A stretch of 64,000 nt of DNA from Giardia intestinalis (Eukaryota), in NCBI GenBank assembly GCA_000002435.2, contig CM018793.1; one strand, written 5' to 3'. A program made the position numbers and the translations under genes. The notes beneath the pieces were generated by a model. It had not been told where the DNA came from, ran no database searches, and saw only the letters and a list, made by a program, of their open reading frames with translations. This document shows, one piece after another, positions 21,020 through 32,117 of the stretch (positions within the stretch are counted from its first letter, which is position 1; every line of letters starts with the position of its first letter).

Positions 21020-21499
21020 CTAGTACTTCTTGACGGTTTCAGAGCTCCCTGACTTTTCCTTGTTGCGGTTATTCTTAAAAATTCTTCTTCTTTTCTTAAA
21101 CGTCGTCGACAATCCCGAACCGACCTTCAGCTCTTTTTCATCCTGGACAAGCTTCACGAAGCACTTGATGACGTGATCATTCACCTTGGCGTTCTTGTAC
21201 TTATTGGCACAGTTCTGCGCATCCTCCCTCGACTTGAAGCGGAGGGCCCATTCGGTTTCCTGGATCTTTGTTACCCTAGTAATGGACTTCTTGTACAGAG
21301 AGAATACCTCATCCTGCACCTCCCTCCAGGTGAGGCCGTCTGGAAGGTTCTTGACAAAAACGTACCACACACCTTCCTTGGTTGCTTGGTTCGCCAGCTT
21401 AACGCTTGCACGTGGACCCTGGCCGGCTTGCTGCAGGATAAGGGACTGCAGGAAGTCTACGCGCTCTTCCAGCTGCTTTATGCGGTAGTTCTGTGTCAT
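21020..21499 (-). CDS. Small basic protein with an RRM-like fold (hypothetical RNA-binding protein)
   Basis: A 159-aa ORF with an ATG start. It has an RNP2-like YVFVKNLPDG and a degenerate RNP1-like region EWALRFKSREDAQNCANKY. The C-terminus is Lys/Arg-rich. Confidence 0.45.
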   Translation of the reverse strand: MTQNYRIKQLEERVDFLQSLILQQAGQGPRASVKLANQATKEGVWYVFVKNLPDGLTWREVQDEVFSLYKKSITRVTKIQETEWALRFKSREDAQNCANKYKNAKVNDHVIKCFVKLVQDEKELKVGSGLSTTFKKRRRIFKNNRNKEKSGSSETVKKY

Positions 21500-21560
21500 C
21501 TACCTTTATTTAATAGCCAAGGCTTTTTTTAATTTTTTGGAAACAGTCGGCAACGTTGCC

Positions 21561-24500
21561 ATGCCGCCAAGCGTTTCAACCGCGCAGAATCTTCGGTATC
21601 GCATCTTGGTAGAACATGCATGTCTAGATGCACAACTCCAAGAGTTACGGGAGGTGCTCGGTTGGTCAGAAGGTCAAGCATGTCAATCTGCATACAGTCT
21701 TTCTATGGAGCATGTTATCAGTAACCTGCATTTTTCCAAGGATGTTCTCTTTCCTTTCAAGCTACAGGATGTAACTCTCCAGAATATCACCCCCTCGTGG
21801 CTCTTGGAATACACATCTACAAACGGCATCAACCAGCCGATACAGCTCACGGAGCAGAGCATCCTCGAAGCTCTTGGTTTATCCTCTGTGTTAAGTGTCA
21901 CAAGCTCAAAGTTTGGAGAAGCCAGGATGCCTCTTCATTTGCCGGTGAAAAGACTTCTCAAGGATCCATCAGCGACGTCAATCAAGACATATCCACCACC
22001 ATATCACACGATCAACCATTCAGAGGCACTCCTCACCGCTAGCTCGCCGTCACTAGAATATACAAAGGCCTCTCTTCCAAAGATGCGCCGTGCACACGGG
22101 TTTTCTTCTGTACCGTCTCCGCAACGTTTAGAAGCAGACTCATATTGGGTCCAGAACTTGAAAGATAACATATCAGCCATCATGGAGACTAACTCGTACA
22201 CCAGTCCCGATAATTCAGAGCAGCCCACCCCCATCTTTGACTCACCTCACCAAGCACCTTCAACAGACTCGTCAGATGCCGGCCCTGGCCAGCTAACAGA
22301 GGTCCTCAAGCACAGCTCTCTGGGAATTCATAGGGATATAGGGCACGATTTAAAACCAAATTACTACCATCCAGTAAGCTTTTCTGCAGCACTAAGGAAA
22401 ACGGCTCTGAGCTCATCCGGCAACACCTCTCAGAATACGCAAAGGCGCAGATCTCCTATAGCTACTTCGTCAATATTCAAGACTCTTCTTTCGAAGATAG
22501 AGGCCATTCCAGCGCTTCCTTCACCTGAGATAACTGCAGTGACGCACTACTTGAATGCGGATCGGGTCATCGTTCGCAGCACCAAGAATGCGGTCGTAAA
22601 TGGAGTGATTGATACCAAAACTGATCTAGACCAAGATCTAGACCAGATACAAAGGACATTACAGCTTGGTCCACCGAAAGGAAAGGATTCCATGGAGTGC
22701 GAGCTCTTTTCCTTGCAACCAATGGAGCCATATGACCCTGCACCTTTTGTACTCCCGGAACAAGCCCTTCATGCAGCTACCCTTAGGCGTCACGGAACTT
22801 CTGAGCCTATCTGCGTGAGTTCACTGGCAGTGGAAAAGGTGGCCGAGCTTCAAGCAATCAACAATGTGCCATTTGTTGTTGGATCTCTTAAGGCTACCTT
22901 CTTCATGGGTGAAAAGCTGGCTCGGACCTTTCCTGTGCTACCCGCCTTTAATAGACCGGGAAGCTCGTCCTTTGCCGCAGATGCAGCTGTGTTTCCTGCC
23001 ATACATATGCTTGTTAACACTATGGAGTACAAGCGACCACTCTCGAAAGCAAAGCTCAGTCAGTTTACACGAGCAGCAGTTAAACGGGTATTCCAGATCT
23101 TCACCTCTGTCCCTTCACAGCTTTTAACAAACCAAGACCCCGAAAAGTTCATTCTATCATTTACCTCTTTTGAAGACAAATGCGAGCTATCTGGGAAGAG
23201 TATTCTAACAGAACTTTATAGTGGTATTAGAACCATTCCTGCGTCCCCTATCGATGCACAGCGTACTAGCGCCGTATCTTCTTTACTCAAGCCGCCGGGG
23301 ATACAGGCCACACCAGAAGGCATGCCCGCAGCCAAGGCTACCACCAGTCCTGCCATTCAGGTGCTTCACCTACATGCCGCGGCTGCTGAATATTCGCTAA
23401 ATACAGCAATACCCCAACTAGCTGGGTTTCTCTCTACTGCATCTGTCGATCAAACGGCTGACTCTCTTCGCACCCATCCAACGATTTGCCACTTCCTTGT
23501 GGCTCTACTTGCCCATCAGAAAAATGACAGCTACATATCATCCCCATACTCCCACGCTTCTAACGATCCTCTCTTTTATATGGATGAGACTGGAGTGACC
23601 AGAACTCTTGACGAATCCATTGGTGAGTGCTCCAAGATCCAAGGAAGAAAGTCAGCATTACTGCCGCACATTCTTGTGGCCATACGCGATACGTACACTC
23701 TTGTACCAAACCTGCTTATCCCAGAAGGCGTGCCGGTGACAGAGGCGGTTCTGACCGCTCTCAACTACATGACCTCTCCCTCTGCCGCACTGATTGATGA
23801 GCTGATCCCACAGTGCATCCAAGCCAACCAAGGCAAGCAACTAAAGTTCACAGCCACTGAAAGCCTTTTTGACTCTGCAGGAGGGACACCCTTTCATGAG
23901 ACAGGACCTCAGTTTCATGGATGCTTTGATGCGCTTGAGCCAAGCGCCGTACAGAGCAGCGTGATTGATACGTCCAAGAAGAGCCACAGGTTGCCAGCAT
24001 CTCTTTCTAGCGTTGAGCCGCCACTAAAACAGTCAAAAACACCTTCTAATCCTAGAAATGAGTTATTGTCATCATTTGTCCGTGCAAACACACTTCTCCA
24101 AGCCGCAATCAGTATTTGCTCTTCAGCTACAGGTGGACCTTCTCCAGCTCAATTAGCACACGCTGTTTTGACTAACTCTTGCTCTAAAAACATAGTTTCT
24201 ACAGCCAGTCTATTTAAGCAATACAGAGATTCTGTTGATAACACGTTACTTGATGATCCTCTCACCGATTCTTTGCTCACAATGGCCCAAAACAGAACAA
24301 CGATCAATCTAATTCAACGAGACTACTTTGAAAGCTTCGCACAATATACAATAACTCCTATAAAGTTACAAGGTATTAAGTACGCTGCAAGTGACTATTT
24401 TTCATTTATTAGCGACTCTTCACAGCATCTACGCAAAGCGGACGCATCTCTGAATTCAGCCTTATCTGCCGCTGATAGTAAGGGAAAGATGGCCGGAGAG

Positions 24501-25394
24501 AAGTCCTTTGGAGATGTGAAGCTGCTACTTCCAATGACGGAGCCATCAAAGGCGGCAATTTTGGCCATCACGTCTCCTATGCTGGGCGAGTATCGTTTGT
24601 TAGCCAACACGGGTGCTTCAGGTCCTACTTTTCCTGCTAACGCAACATATTATGGGATTGACATTGCAGTAGTTAACGCTATTGGATACGCCGTCTCTTA
24701 CTTGTTACTTCTCAGTTCCCACGAGTATAAGCTTCTTCCCAAGACTTCTCCAGATGAGCTGATGACTCCCCAAGCGTCACACCTTTACGTACAAACACGT
24801 ATCAATGCCGTTTCTCGCGTTAGACAGGATAAGAATACCACCCTTTCATTCATCAAGGAGGCCTCATTTCAGTATACAAACGGAGAAACACTGGCGTATA
24901 GAGCACAGGAGAAAATGCGATTCTACCTGCTGCCTAATTACCCCTTTGTATATGTCATTCGGGGACACAGGGTCCCGGTCGTTCCCATCCAGAGGTCGCC
25001 TACGCAACGGTTACCAGATATACCTGCAAATCCATCCATTCTACCGAGAACCGTTTCGAAGGCCTTTGTTGTGCGTGACGCACTGGCAAGGCTAGCGGGT
25101 CGATTTGGGACAATTAATGATGTTTCGGACACTTGTTGTGATAGTGGCTTCTACTTTCATCAGGATGACCCAAAGCTCACGTCGGCAATATCAACAATTC
25201 TTGATAGGCTCCACCAGGTCTTTTATGACAAGGAAGCAGAGCGTAAGGTCTGCACTTACATTTCGGCCATGAAACTGTGGATCTACGTTCATGGGAAAGT
25301 GGAGCTGTTCTACGATCCGGCCCTCCGGAAGGACAATCGATACTCCGATTCATATCCTCATGGTCTAGACAATATCTATCAACGGGGAAAATGA
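21561..25394 (+). CDS. Hypothetical protein (~1277 aa). No recognisable domain.
   Basis: A long ORF. The ORF-table start at 21537 is TTG, and the first in-frame ATG is at 21561 (MPPSVSTAQNL...). Composition is balanced and no conserved motif was recognised. Confidence 0.55.
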   Translation: MPPSVSTAQNLRYRILVEHACLDAQLQELREVLGWSEGQACQSAYSLSMEHVISNLHFSKDVLFPFKLQDVTLQNITPSWLLEYTSTNGINQPIQLTEQSILEALGLSSVLSVTSSKFGEARMPLHLPVKRLLKDPSATSIKTYPPPYHTINHSEALLTASSPSLEYTKASLPKMRRAHGFSSVPSPQRLEADSYWVQNLKDNISAIMETNSYTSPDNSEQPTPIFDSPHQAPSTDSSDAGPGQLTEVLKHSSLGIHRDIGHDLKPNYYHPVSFSAALRKTALSSSGNTSQNTQRRRSPIATSSIFKTLLSKIEAIPALPSPEITAVTHYLNADRVIVRSTKNAVVNGVIDTKTDLDQDLDQIQRTLQLGPPKGKDSMECELFSLQPMEPYDPAPFVLPEQALHAATLRRHGTSEPICVSSLAVEKVAELQAINNVPFVVGSLKATFFMGEKLARTFPVLPAFNRPGSSSFAADAAVFPAIHMLVNTMEYKRPLSKAKLSQFTRAAVKRVFQIFTSVPSQLLTNQDPEKFILSFTSFEDKCELSGKSILTELYSGIRTIPASPIDAQRTSAVSSLLKPPGIQATPEGMPAAKATTSPAIQVLHLHAAAAEYSLNTAIPQLAGFLSTASVDQTADSLRTHPTICHFLVALLAHQKNDSYISSPYSHASNDPLFYMDETGVTRTLDESIGECSKIQGRKSALLPHILVAIRDTYTLVPNLLIPEGVPVTEAVLTALNYMTSPSAALIDELIPQCIQANQGKQLKFTATESLFDSAGGTPFHETGPQFHGCFDALEPSAVQSSVIDTSKKSHRLPASLSSVEPPLKQSKTPSNPRNELLSSFVRANTLLQAAISICSSATGGPSPAQLAHAVLTNSCSKNIVSTASLFKQYRDSVDNTLLDDPLTDSLLTMAQNRTTINLIQRDYFESFAQYTITPIKLQGIKYAASDYFSFISDSSQHLRKADASLNSALSAADSKGKMAGEKSFGDVKLLLPMTEPSKAAILAITSPMLGEYRLLANTGASGPTFPANATYYGIDIAVVNAIGYAVSYLLLLSSHEYKLLPKTSPDELMTPQASHLYVQTRINAVSRVRQDKNTTLSFIKEASFQYTNGETLAYRAQEKMRFYLLPNYPFVYVIRGHRVPVVPIQRSPTQRLPDIPANPSILPRTVSKAFVVRDALARLAGRFGTINDVSDTCCDSGFYFHQDDPKLTSAISTILDRLHQVFYDKEAERKVCTYISAMKLWIYVHGKVELFYDPALRKDNRYSDSYPHGLDNIYQRGK

Positions 25395-25411
25395 GTGACC
25401 AATTTATTCCG

Positions 25412-26353
25412 TCACGCTTTGGCTAGATTGCGTTGAACGCGATACCATAACCCATCAACATTGATGTCTCCATAGATAAGGGCGTACACGCGCTCGGAAG
25501 ACAGCTTGACACCGTACTCGTCTAAATATTTCTGAATGATACCCATGTACTTGGATTTGACCTCATCACGACCTTTACTTGCCGCGATAAGGGCTTCATA
25601 GTCATCCAGCTGGCGCAGTATGCAGTCCCAGCGACGCTGAAGTGAATTCTTCTCGGCACAATCAAAATGAGTAGCAATCAGATAGTCAACGTCAAGCTTG
25701 CTGACGATGTCGACAGTCTTGCGCCATGCTGTAGCATCAAACTGCGTTGGCGTTGTGCAAAGCAGTGGGCAGAAGTTGATTTCGCTGAACGAAAAGCCGA
25801 GGCCATCACCCGCAAAGAGGATCTTCAGTGCCTCTGAGTAGAAGACAGCGTGGTGAAAGGCGTGTCCATGAGCGTGGATGACGCGAAGCTTGAGTAGTGA
25901 AGACGCAGCCCCGTAGACGGAGCCATCTTCGGCGCTGATCATGCGGTCGGCGGGCATTCCAACGATCCCTGGATAGTCTTGATTGAAGACCTGTTCGCCA
26001 TATACCTGTATCGCTGCTGGCACTAACTTGTCATGAGGATCAATTATGTGGGGGGCAGCCGCTGGATGTGCCACCACGGTACAGTTGGGCAGGGACTGCA
26101 ATATAAGCCCAGTCCCACCACTGTGATCCAGATGTGCGTGAGTAATGAACATATACTTGACGTTGTTGCAGTCTATCCCCAGCTCTTTTAGGGCATTGAG
26201 TGTGTGAGGAACTGAAATAGTCGACCCCGCCTCGACCAGAATCGCTTCTTCACCGTCCCGAATGATAGTAACTCCGCACATCTTATCGCGAAGGAATTTG
26301 GTGTCCACAACATACACGTGGTTGGGGATAACTGTGCATACGTCCTCCGGCAT
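25412..26353 (-). CDS. Metallo-beta-lactamase-fold hydrolase (glyoxalase II-like) with a C-terminal helical extension
   Basis: It has the canonical motif FITHAHLDHSGGTG (HxHxDH). Downstream His/Asp ligands are IHAHGHAFHH and FAGDGLG. The ORF-table start at 26476 is GTG, and the first ATG is at 26351-26353 (MPEDVCTV...). Confidence 0.7.
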   Translation of the reverse strand: MPEDVCTVIPNHVYVVDTKFLRDKMCGVTIIRDGEEAILVEAGSTISVPHTLNALKELGIDCNNVKYMFITHAHLDHSGGTGLILQSLPNCTVVAHPAAAPHIIDPHDKLVPAAIQVYGEQVFNQDYPGIVGMPADRMISAEDGSVYGAASSLLKLRVIHAHGHAFHHAVFYSEALKILFAGDGLGFSFSEINFCPLLCTTPTQFDATAWRKTVDIVSKLDVDYLIATHFDCAEKNSLQRRWDCILRQLDDYEALIAASKGRDEVKSKYMGIIQKYLDEYGVKLSSERVYALIYGDINVDGLWYRVQRNLAKA

Positions 26354-26424
26354 CAATTTTATATTGAAAAGGGAAACAAATTGACCCACCGAATGACACA
26401 ATTCACAGCTTGCCAAAGGGACAC

Positions 26425-29400
26425 CTATAAACGATATTGGAGAACACTCTCTAGGTCTGTCACAAAGTCCTTCCACTTAAATCCGCTTGTGAACCCGACC
26501 CGGTCCGTTTTATAATAGTCCTGGAGTGTGGCAACTTGGCTTTGATTAAGATTTGCGTGCATAAATGTAAGAGCACTTCCAAGCTTGGACATCTCACAGA
26601 TTCCCATGCGACCCTTATCGAAATTGACGAAGTAGCTCCGAACCTGGGGGCGATAGTTTCTACAGACCTCACCCAATTGCTCCAAAATTCCCTGAAGACT
26701 TGCATCGTACTTTTGCTTATTTGCTGCGTTAGCGAATTCCCTCTTGACAGTCGCATAGTCCTCCTTCTTCGGACGTTCCTGTTCACCATACTTCAGTCTC
26801 TTTAGCTCGATGGCTTCTTCTGGGGAGAGGAATATTGACGAGTCTGGGGGGAGGGAGAGATCTCTGAGGAAAAAGGCATAATCAACCATGCCCAGATAAA
26901 TCGATGAACTGTCAACACACGTATAAAGCTCCATAAGAAACTTAAACGACAGCGGGTAAGCATCAGTGATCTTCTCCATGTTAGCAATAACGAAGGCCCT
27001 GGCAAAGTTATCTTTGCTGACAAATCCCGTGCGTAACTTGTCAAACTCTCGGAAGGCATCCAAAGGTCTGCCAGCCCGCTGGTGAAAGTCTATATAAATC
27101 GAGAGGATGATTGGACTTGCTCTTTGCACCAGCATGAAAAGCCTTTCATTGTTATCAGATGTCACTGAAGACACGGCTTGAGAGAACGACATCGTTCCTT
27201 GACATGTCGTTTGTAGGTCCACTTCCCCGTTCTTTACCTGAAGGGAGAAGCGCTTGAGGTCTCCAATCGAGAACCATTGACCCTTGATGGTTACCCGCTC
27301 GTTGTCATTCAGATTTTTGAATTCGCTACAGTCACCAATGTTGTCGTACTGCTTGTTTGAAGCAGACACGTTGTTGAAAATATCGTTGACTGCTGCAGGG
27401 TCTGTTCTTGTGGTCGAATCCAGACTGGGTTTTACCTTGTAGGAGGTTCCTGTCATACGCGTTGGCTTCCACGCGTCAAATGCCTTCTGAATATCTGCGA
27501 CTAACTTGCCTGTGCATAGCTCCGCATGATCAATGCTATTTGTTATACGGTCTAAGTCCAAATTCTTGCGCAAGATTCTACTAGGATATGGAGTGCTGTA
27601 AGTTGCCTGTGTGGACGGGTTGGTAACATCATGTTCAACAAGTGACGCTGGATACATATAGGCTAACGTCTTTGTCTCGTCTATCGGATTTGGAAAGGCA
27701 TATCCCAGGGAAAGCATCTCAGCATCTGTGAGGGTTATATCGAGACTATAGGACAAAGACCGCTGAATGTTGCGAAGATTGACACAGCCAATAATAGACT
27801 TTGGTCGCAGAGCGTCACCAAATTCACCTAACGCAAGGAAATCTGCAATCTTCAGGTTGCGGACCTGCAAGGAATTCGCAATCTTGTAAACGACGTCATC
27901 TGGGTGGGGGAGTAGGTAATCATTGATATCATGTGGCCGCCTAACAGCCTCACGATCGGGAATTATGTCATCGCAGCGATTCGAAATGAAGTCTATAAAG
28001 TTATTATAATTAACATAGAGGCCTCCCTTTGCCAAGACAGCTGGTGTGCTCGGCGGCTGCTCCACTGTACCCCGTCCAGAAACAGTGGAAGAGGCAAACA
28101 TCTCTGCAAGCCTCTCTAGTTCCGCATCTGTCAGACCGTTGTTCTTTCTGATGAATGGAGAAGTACGAACCTTGGTGTCCACAGGGATGCAGGAGGGTGT
28201 GTAGCTTTCTGGAGTTATGGAAACTATCCCCGATAGAGCTTGCTTGAACTGATGAGACGTTATCACACCCGTATGTCTTTTATCAAATATAGAAAAATGC
28301 TGCAGGAGAGGAGCAGGATGTGCATGTAAGTATGCCTGCAACTTCCTAACAAGATCATAATCGATAGGTTTGCTGTTAAACGTAAATGCTTTCTCTCTCG
28401 GTACAGGTAAATTTGCGGTGTTGGTTTTGTCAAAGTGGTGTCCTGCGTTGGAAACAAATGTGTTAATAGCCTCTGACATTGTAGACTTGGAGGGGGCGTC
28501 GAGGGTTGCATTCTGGATAGCTGCCAAAAAGCTACGGTAGTTAACAGGAAGGCCCTCTGGGTCTGATGTGTTAAGAGGATCACTAACTAAGAACTGCTTT
28601 GCAGCTTCCTCGATGTCCACAAACTCCACGTTCGACCGCCCAGAGTCGGTCAGGGCAGAGGCTAAGGCAGAGCAGAAGTCACGATACGGAAGAGTCCCTC
28701 TATTCATTGTATCACGGGCCAAGAGAAATGTTTTAAAGTCTGGGCGAAACTTGAGCCACGCATCCAACACTCTCTTGAGCCCAGTGTTTCCGACGAAATC
28801 TGGCCGACCAGTTCCGTCAAAATATTTTGCAAACCCCTTGTCGAAGGGACGAGACGCAGCTTTAGCATCCAGCATCAGATCCCCCTCGTCTGCATTGATG
28901 GCAGAGACAAAGATTCTGTAATCACAAATAGTCTCCACAGATTTATGGGAATCGGAAAACTCTTTTCTGACATCCTCAGTCTCCGTTTGGGTGGTTGTGG
29001 GAAACTCGACCAGTCGTTTTGCTTTAAAGGCCTTTGCTAGGAGCTCAAGCTGCTCCTTCGTGGGGAACTTACGTATAAGGGCCTCCCACATATTTGATGT
29101 ACCGCGCATGAACTGATTGGCGGTCACAAGCCCTGTCTTATGCAAGTCAAAATCTTGGTAGAATAGTTTCCCAATGATGGGTCTGCAGTGGACCCAGTGC
29201 CGCAGCTGCTCCAGAAGCTCTCTGCACTGGCGGTCCTCCTCGGGAGTCAAGTGGTCTAGCTCCAAATCCGGAACGACTAGCGTGGAATAGACGGCAGTAG
29301 TTCCCGCGAGAGAGCCTTTGGGTGCCAGAGAAGGGTCTAAGAGAGGCGTCTCAAGTTCATCAACCACGTCTTGATAACAGATCTCCCGTGGGTATGTGGC

Positions 29401-29601
29401 AGTCGCATACTTCTGCTCTAAATAGTAGCGTTCGCTATCGGTGAAAATAAGACCCATCGATTCTAAAGCCCGAAAGAACTGATCCACGGACACAAAACCC
29501 CTGCGCAATTTATCAAAATCTTGGAGGAACTCAAGGATGCGGGGCCTGCGCGTGTACATGATTGTTTTGATGCGTACAAGTGGGTCTTGCTGCTGTTGCA
29601 T
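26425..29601 (-). CDS. Large (1058 aa) protein with repeated degenerate EF-hand-like modules. Function unknown.
   Basis: ATG start. The N-terminal FLQDFDKLRRGFVSVDQFFRALESMG recurs near the C-terminus as FREFDKLRTGFVSKDNFARAF, and again as FSIFDKRHTGVITSHQFKQALSG. These are EF-hand-like helix-loop-helix units with non-canonical loops. Confidence 0.55.
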   Translation of the reverse strand: MQQQQDPLVRIKTIMYTRRPRILEFLQDFDKLRRGFVSVDQFFRALESMGLIFTDSERYYLEQKYATATYPREICYQDVVDELETPLLDPSLAPKGSLAGTTAVYSTLVVPDLELDHLTPEEDRQCRELLEQLRHWVHCRPIIGKLFYQDFDLHKTGLVTANQFMRGTSNMWEALIRKFPTKEQLELLAKAFKAKRLVEFPTTTQTETEDVRKEFSDSHKSVETICDYRIFVSAINADEGDLMLDAKAASRPFDKGFAKYFDGTGRPDFVGNTGLKRVLDAWLKFRPDFKTFLLARDTMNRGTLPYRDFCSALASALTDSGRSNVEFVDIEEAAKQFLVSDPLNTSDPEGLPVNYRSFLAAIQNATLDAPSKSTMSEAINTFVSNAGHHFDKTNTANLPVPREKAFTFNSKPIDYDLVRKLQAYLHAHPAPLLQHFSIFDKRHTGVITSHQFKQALSGIVSITPESYTPSCIPVDTKVRTSPFIRKNNGLTDAELERLAEMFASSTVSGRGTVEQPPSTPAVLAKGGLYVNYNNFIDFISNRCDDIIPDREAVRRPHDINDYLLPHPDDVVYKIANSLQVRNLKIADFLALGEFGDALRPKSIIGCVNLRNIQRSLSYSLDITLTDAEMLSLGYAFPNPIDETKTLAYMYPASLVEHDVTNPSTQATYSTPYPSRILRKNLDLDRITNSIDHAELCTGKLVADIQKAFDAWKPTRMTGTSYKVKPSLDSTTRTDPAAVNDIFNNVSASNKQYDNIGDCSEFKNLNDNERVTIKGQWFSIGDLKRFSLQVKNGEVDLQTTCQGTMSFSQAVSSVTSDNNERLFMLVQRASPIILSIYIDFHQRAGRPLDAFREFDKLRTGFVSKDNFARAFVIANMEKITDAYPLSFKFLMELYTCVDSSSIYLGMVDYAFFLRDLSLPPDSSIFLSPEEAIELKRLKYGEQERPKKEDYATVKREFANAANKQKYDASLQGILEQLGEVCRNYRPQVRSYFVNFDKGRMGICEMSKLGSALTFMHANLNQSQVATLQDYYKTDRVGFTSGFKWKDFVTDLESVLQYRL

Positions 29602-29718
29602 TGCTTGCGGCAGCCCTCTAGAATTTTTGATTTTTGTTTGGCAAAGATTAGTTGCGGCGAGCGACCGGAAAATTAGTTTATTGAACTGCCTGTTCTGTGA
29701 AGCACCACATAGCTTAGC

Positions 29719-32037
29719 TTATTCAAATAGCACAGAATCTGCCGGCTTGAATGGAGTAGCGCCGGAAAAATAGCTTCCTGTGTTCGTCGTTTGTGCAGTG
29801 ATAGCAGCAAATGCTTGCTTTTGTTGCTGAAGAAAAAGGTCGGTCGGCAGTGGCTTCAGCTTGGGCTGGTGGTTGTTTTCTGCTTCTATGAGTCGGTGCA
29901 AATGTGGCAAAAACATCTCAACAGTAAATAACTGCTTGCGTTCCGGTTGCTTAGGTATCGATGCGGAGTCTTCATTGTTGGGATCGGGCTCTGAAACTGG
30001 CTCCTCCCCTTGAGATGATGTTAAATCTACAATCCCGATTGTGTTAGAAGGTGCTGAATTGGTAGAAGCATTGACCGAGGGATATTCGGTCAACAAGGAA
30101 GCATTTTGAACACTTGAGTTGCTCTGCTCACCGATAGGTTTCTTCGTTATAAACGGTGGGTCCAAGGTGGCCGATAATTGAGGAACAGGTGCTAGCACAG
30201 AGCTATTTGATTGGCACAGTAAGTTGCTTTCCAAGACAGAGAATGCGTCTGTAAGATTCCTAATCCCAGAGTATTGCGGCGCCAGCTCGTAGCCCTTGCT
30301 GTGGGTAAGACATTTGCGATCTGCTTTCCACTGACAAACCTCGTTCCCAAATGACCAGAGTCCATTTGCTTTCAGAGATCCAGGGTTGGATATGTCGATA
30401 TGAAGAAGCGTTTCATGGAAGCTCATGGCCCTTTGGTCGGCTCGGATGCGACCTCGTGCATACCCCGTTAGCCTTATCCCGTCTATGGTTCTAAGCCTAC
30501 TGAGCGCTACGTATGCCTGTCCAGGACTGAATGCTTTTTCAATATTGATAATTGCTGTATCTAGAGTCATTCCTTGGCACTTGTGGATAGACAAAGCATA
30601 TGCTAGTCCAAGGGGTATCTGAGTGCGTTTTCCTATCACATCATCGTTGCCCTTCTTGATTTCGTACGTGACTGGGTGTATTTGTTGGACTTGATTACCG
30701 ATTTGCACCTCCACCACTACCATCCGCATCCCCACGTTTAGGGTTATCTCATTAGTGCCGGAAGAAAGCTCACCATTAAAGTCAGATCGGTAAAGATCTG
30801 ATGCAGCATTGCGCTTAACGCGACTGCCCTCCTTGGACCAGAAGTAAAAGATATCTTTAACGACACACTGACGACCGTTACACAGACCTCGCTGCACATC
30901 TATGTTCTTTGTTATTATAACTTGGGCTCCAATGGAGATACTAATCACCGGCGGCGGGTCCATCAGATGCTGATGATCAGAAAGGTTCTCGTCAACCGCT
31001 TGCAACTTGAATACTATCTGCTTCCCCTTTAGCAGGTTGCTATTGTTATATTCATCAACGGCCTGTCTGTGAGTATATAGTCTAACAGGAAAGGATGGGG
31101 ACACATACGTTGTCCGGATCTTTTTAACCTCTAGCTCGCATCGCCTACGGTTGATGTGAATTAGATTTAAAAGCATGTGTCTGAAAGATAGGTCATCAGT
31201 GACATCGTCAAGCTTCTCCAGGGCAAATTGACGCTCCTCCTCTGTTTTCTGACTCTCATTCTCTAGGCGCTCAAGTTCTGTAGAGTATTCTTTATACGCC
31301 TTCTCAGATATCTTGTCATGCTCATTGTTCAGCTCATTTTCATGAATCAAGAGAGATTGTAACAAACTATCAGTCTGATTGGAAACACAGCCTATGCGTG
31401 TTTCGTTAAGCATGTTTATAAAACTCTTGTCCGACTGCCGAAAGCAATGTGTCAGTGATGCCTTAAGAGGAATCAACTGAAAAGCCGTTGCTTCAAAGAG
31501 CCACACTAGAGGGTTGTTGGACCTCACCACTGGAGGAAGCTGAAGAAAGTCTCCGCAAAGGATCAACTGGAGTCCACCGAAAAATGACTTGGATGCGCCT
31601 CCACGTAGGTGCCTGGCAACATACTCCAGGCAGTCGAAGTATGTGCCCTGCAGCATAGAGCATTCGTCAATGATGAGGACAGTGGCCTCCACCCACCGCT
31701 TCCTGGTCTGCTTTACACGGCGTACGCGTGCAAGCATATCGGGGAATTTCTGCTCTGTCAAGTTTTCATCCAAAAAACCTGCAAAGCTTTGAATGGTGCA
31801 GCCTGAAATGTTAACAGCTGCTGTTCCTGTGGGCGCCGTCACAACGATCTTCTCATTATCATCCAGCCTGCTTAGCCCTTTAATGATAGCACGTAAAAGA
31901 TGAGATTTTCCCGTTCCTGCAGAGCCTGAGAAGAAGAGGGACTTGCGTCGAACCACAGCTGCATTGAACAATAGTTTCTGCTCAAATGAGAGATCAGTAT
32001 AATATGGCTGATTAGCGTGCAGCTGCATGCCTTTCAT
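29719..32037 (-). CDS. PIF1: PIF1-family 5'-3' DNA helicase
   Basis: Motif I is FFSGSAGTGKSHLLRAI. Motif Ia is VVTAPTGTAAVNISGCTIQSFAG. Motif II is LIIDECSM. Motif III is LILCGDFLQLPPV. The C-terminal motifs are ALSIHKCQGMTLD and YVALSRLRTIDGIRL. ATG start. Confidence 0.85.
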   Translation of the reverse strand: MKGMQLHANQPYYTDLSFEQKLLFNAAVVRRKSLFFSGSAGTGKSHLLRAIIKGLSRLDDNEKIVVTAPTGTAAVNISGCTIQSFAGFLDENLTEQKFPDMLARVRRVKQTRKRWVEATVLIIDECSMLQGTYFDCLEYVARHLRGGASKSFFGGLQLILCGDFLQLPPVVRSNNPLVWLFEATAFQLIPLKASLTHCFRQSDKSFINMLNETRIGCVSNQTDSLLQSLLIHENELNNEHDKISEKAYKEYSTELERLENESQKTEEERQFALEKLDDVTDDLSFRHMLLNLIHINRRRCELEVKKIRTTYVSPSFPVRLYTHRQAVDEYNNSNLLKGKQIVFKLQAVDENLSDHQHLMDPPPVISISIGAQVIITKNIDVQRGLCNGRQCVVKDIFYFWSKEGSRVKRNAASDLYRSDFNGELSSGTNEITLNVGMRMVVVEVQIGNQVQQIHPVTYEIKKGNDDVIGKRTQIPLGLAYALSIHKCQGMTLDTAIINIEKAFSPGQAYVALSRLRTIDGIRLTGYARGRIRADQRAMSFHETLLHIDISNPGSLKANGLWSFGNEVCQWKADRKCLTHSKGYELAPQYSGIRNLTDAFSVLESNLLCQSNSSVLAPVPQLSATLDPPFITKKPIGEQSNSSVQNASLLTEYPSVNASTNSAPSNTIGIVDLTSSQGEEPVSEPDPNNEDSASIPKQPERKQLFTVEMFLPHLHRLIEAENNHQPKLKPLPTDLFLQQQKQAFAAITAQTTNTGSYFSGATPFKPADSVLFE

Positions 32038-32117
32038 ATTCGTTTGTTTGTTTGCTTGTTTGTTTTAAACTAACAACTAGGATAGTCGCCTTGCAGCGAC
32101 AAGAATATCCTACGTGG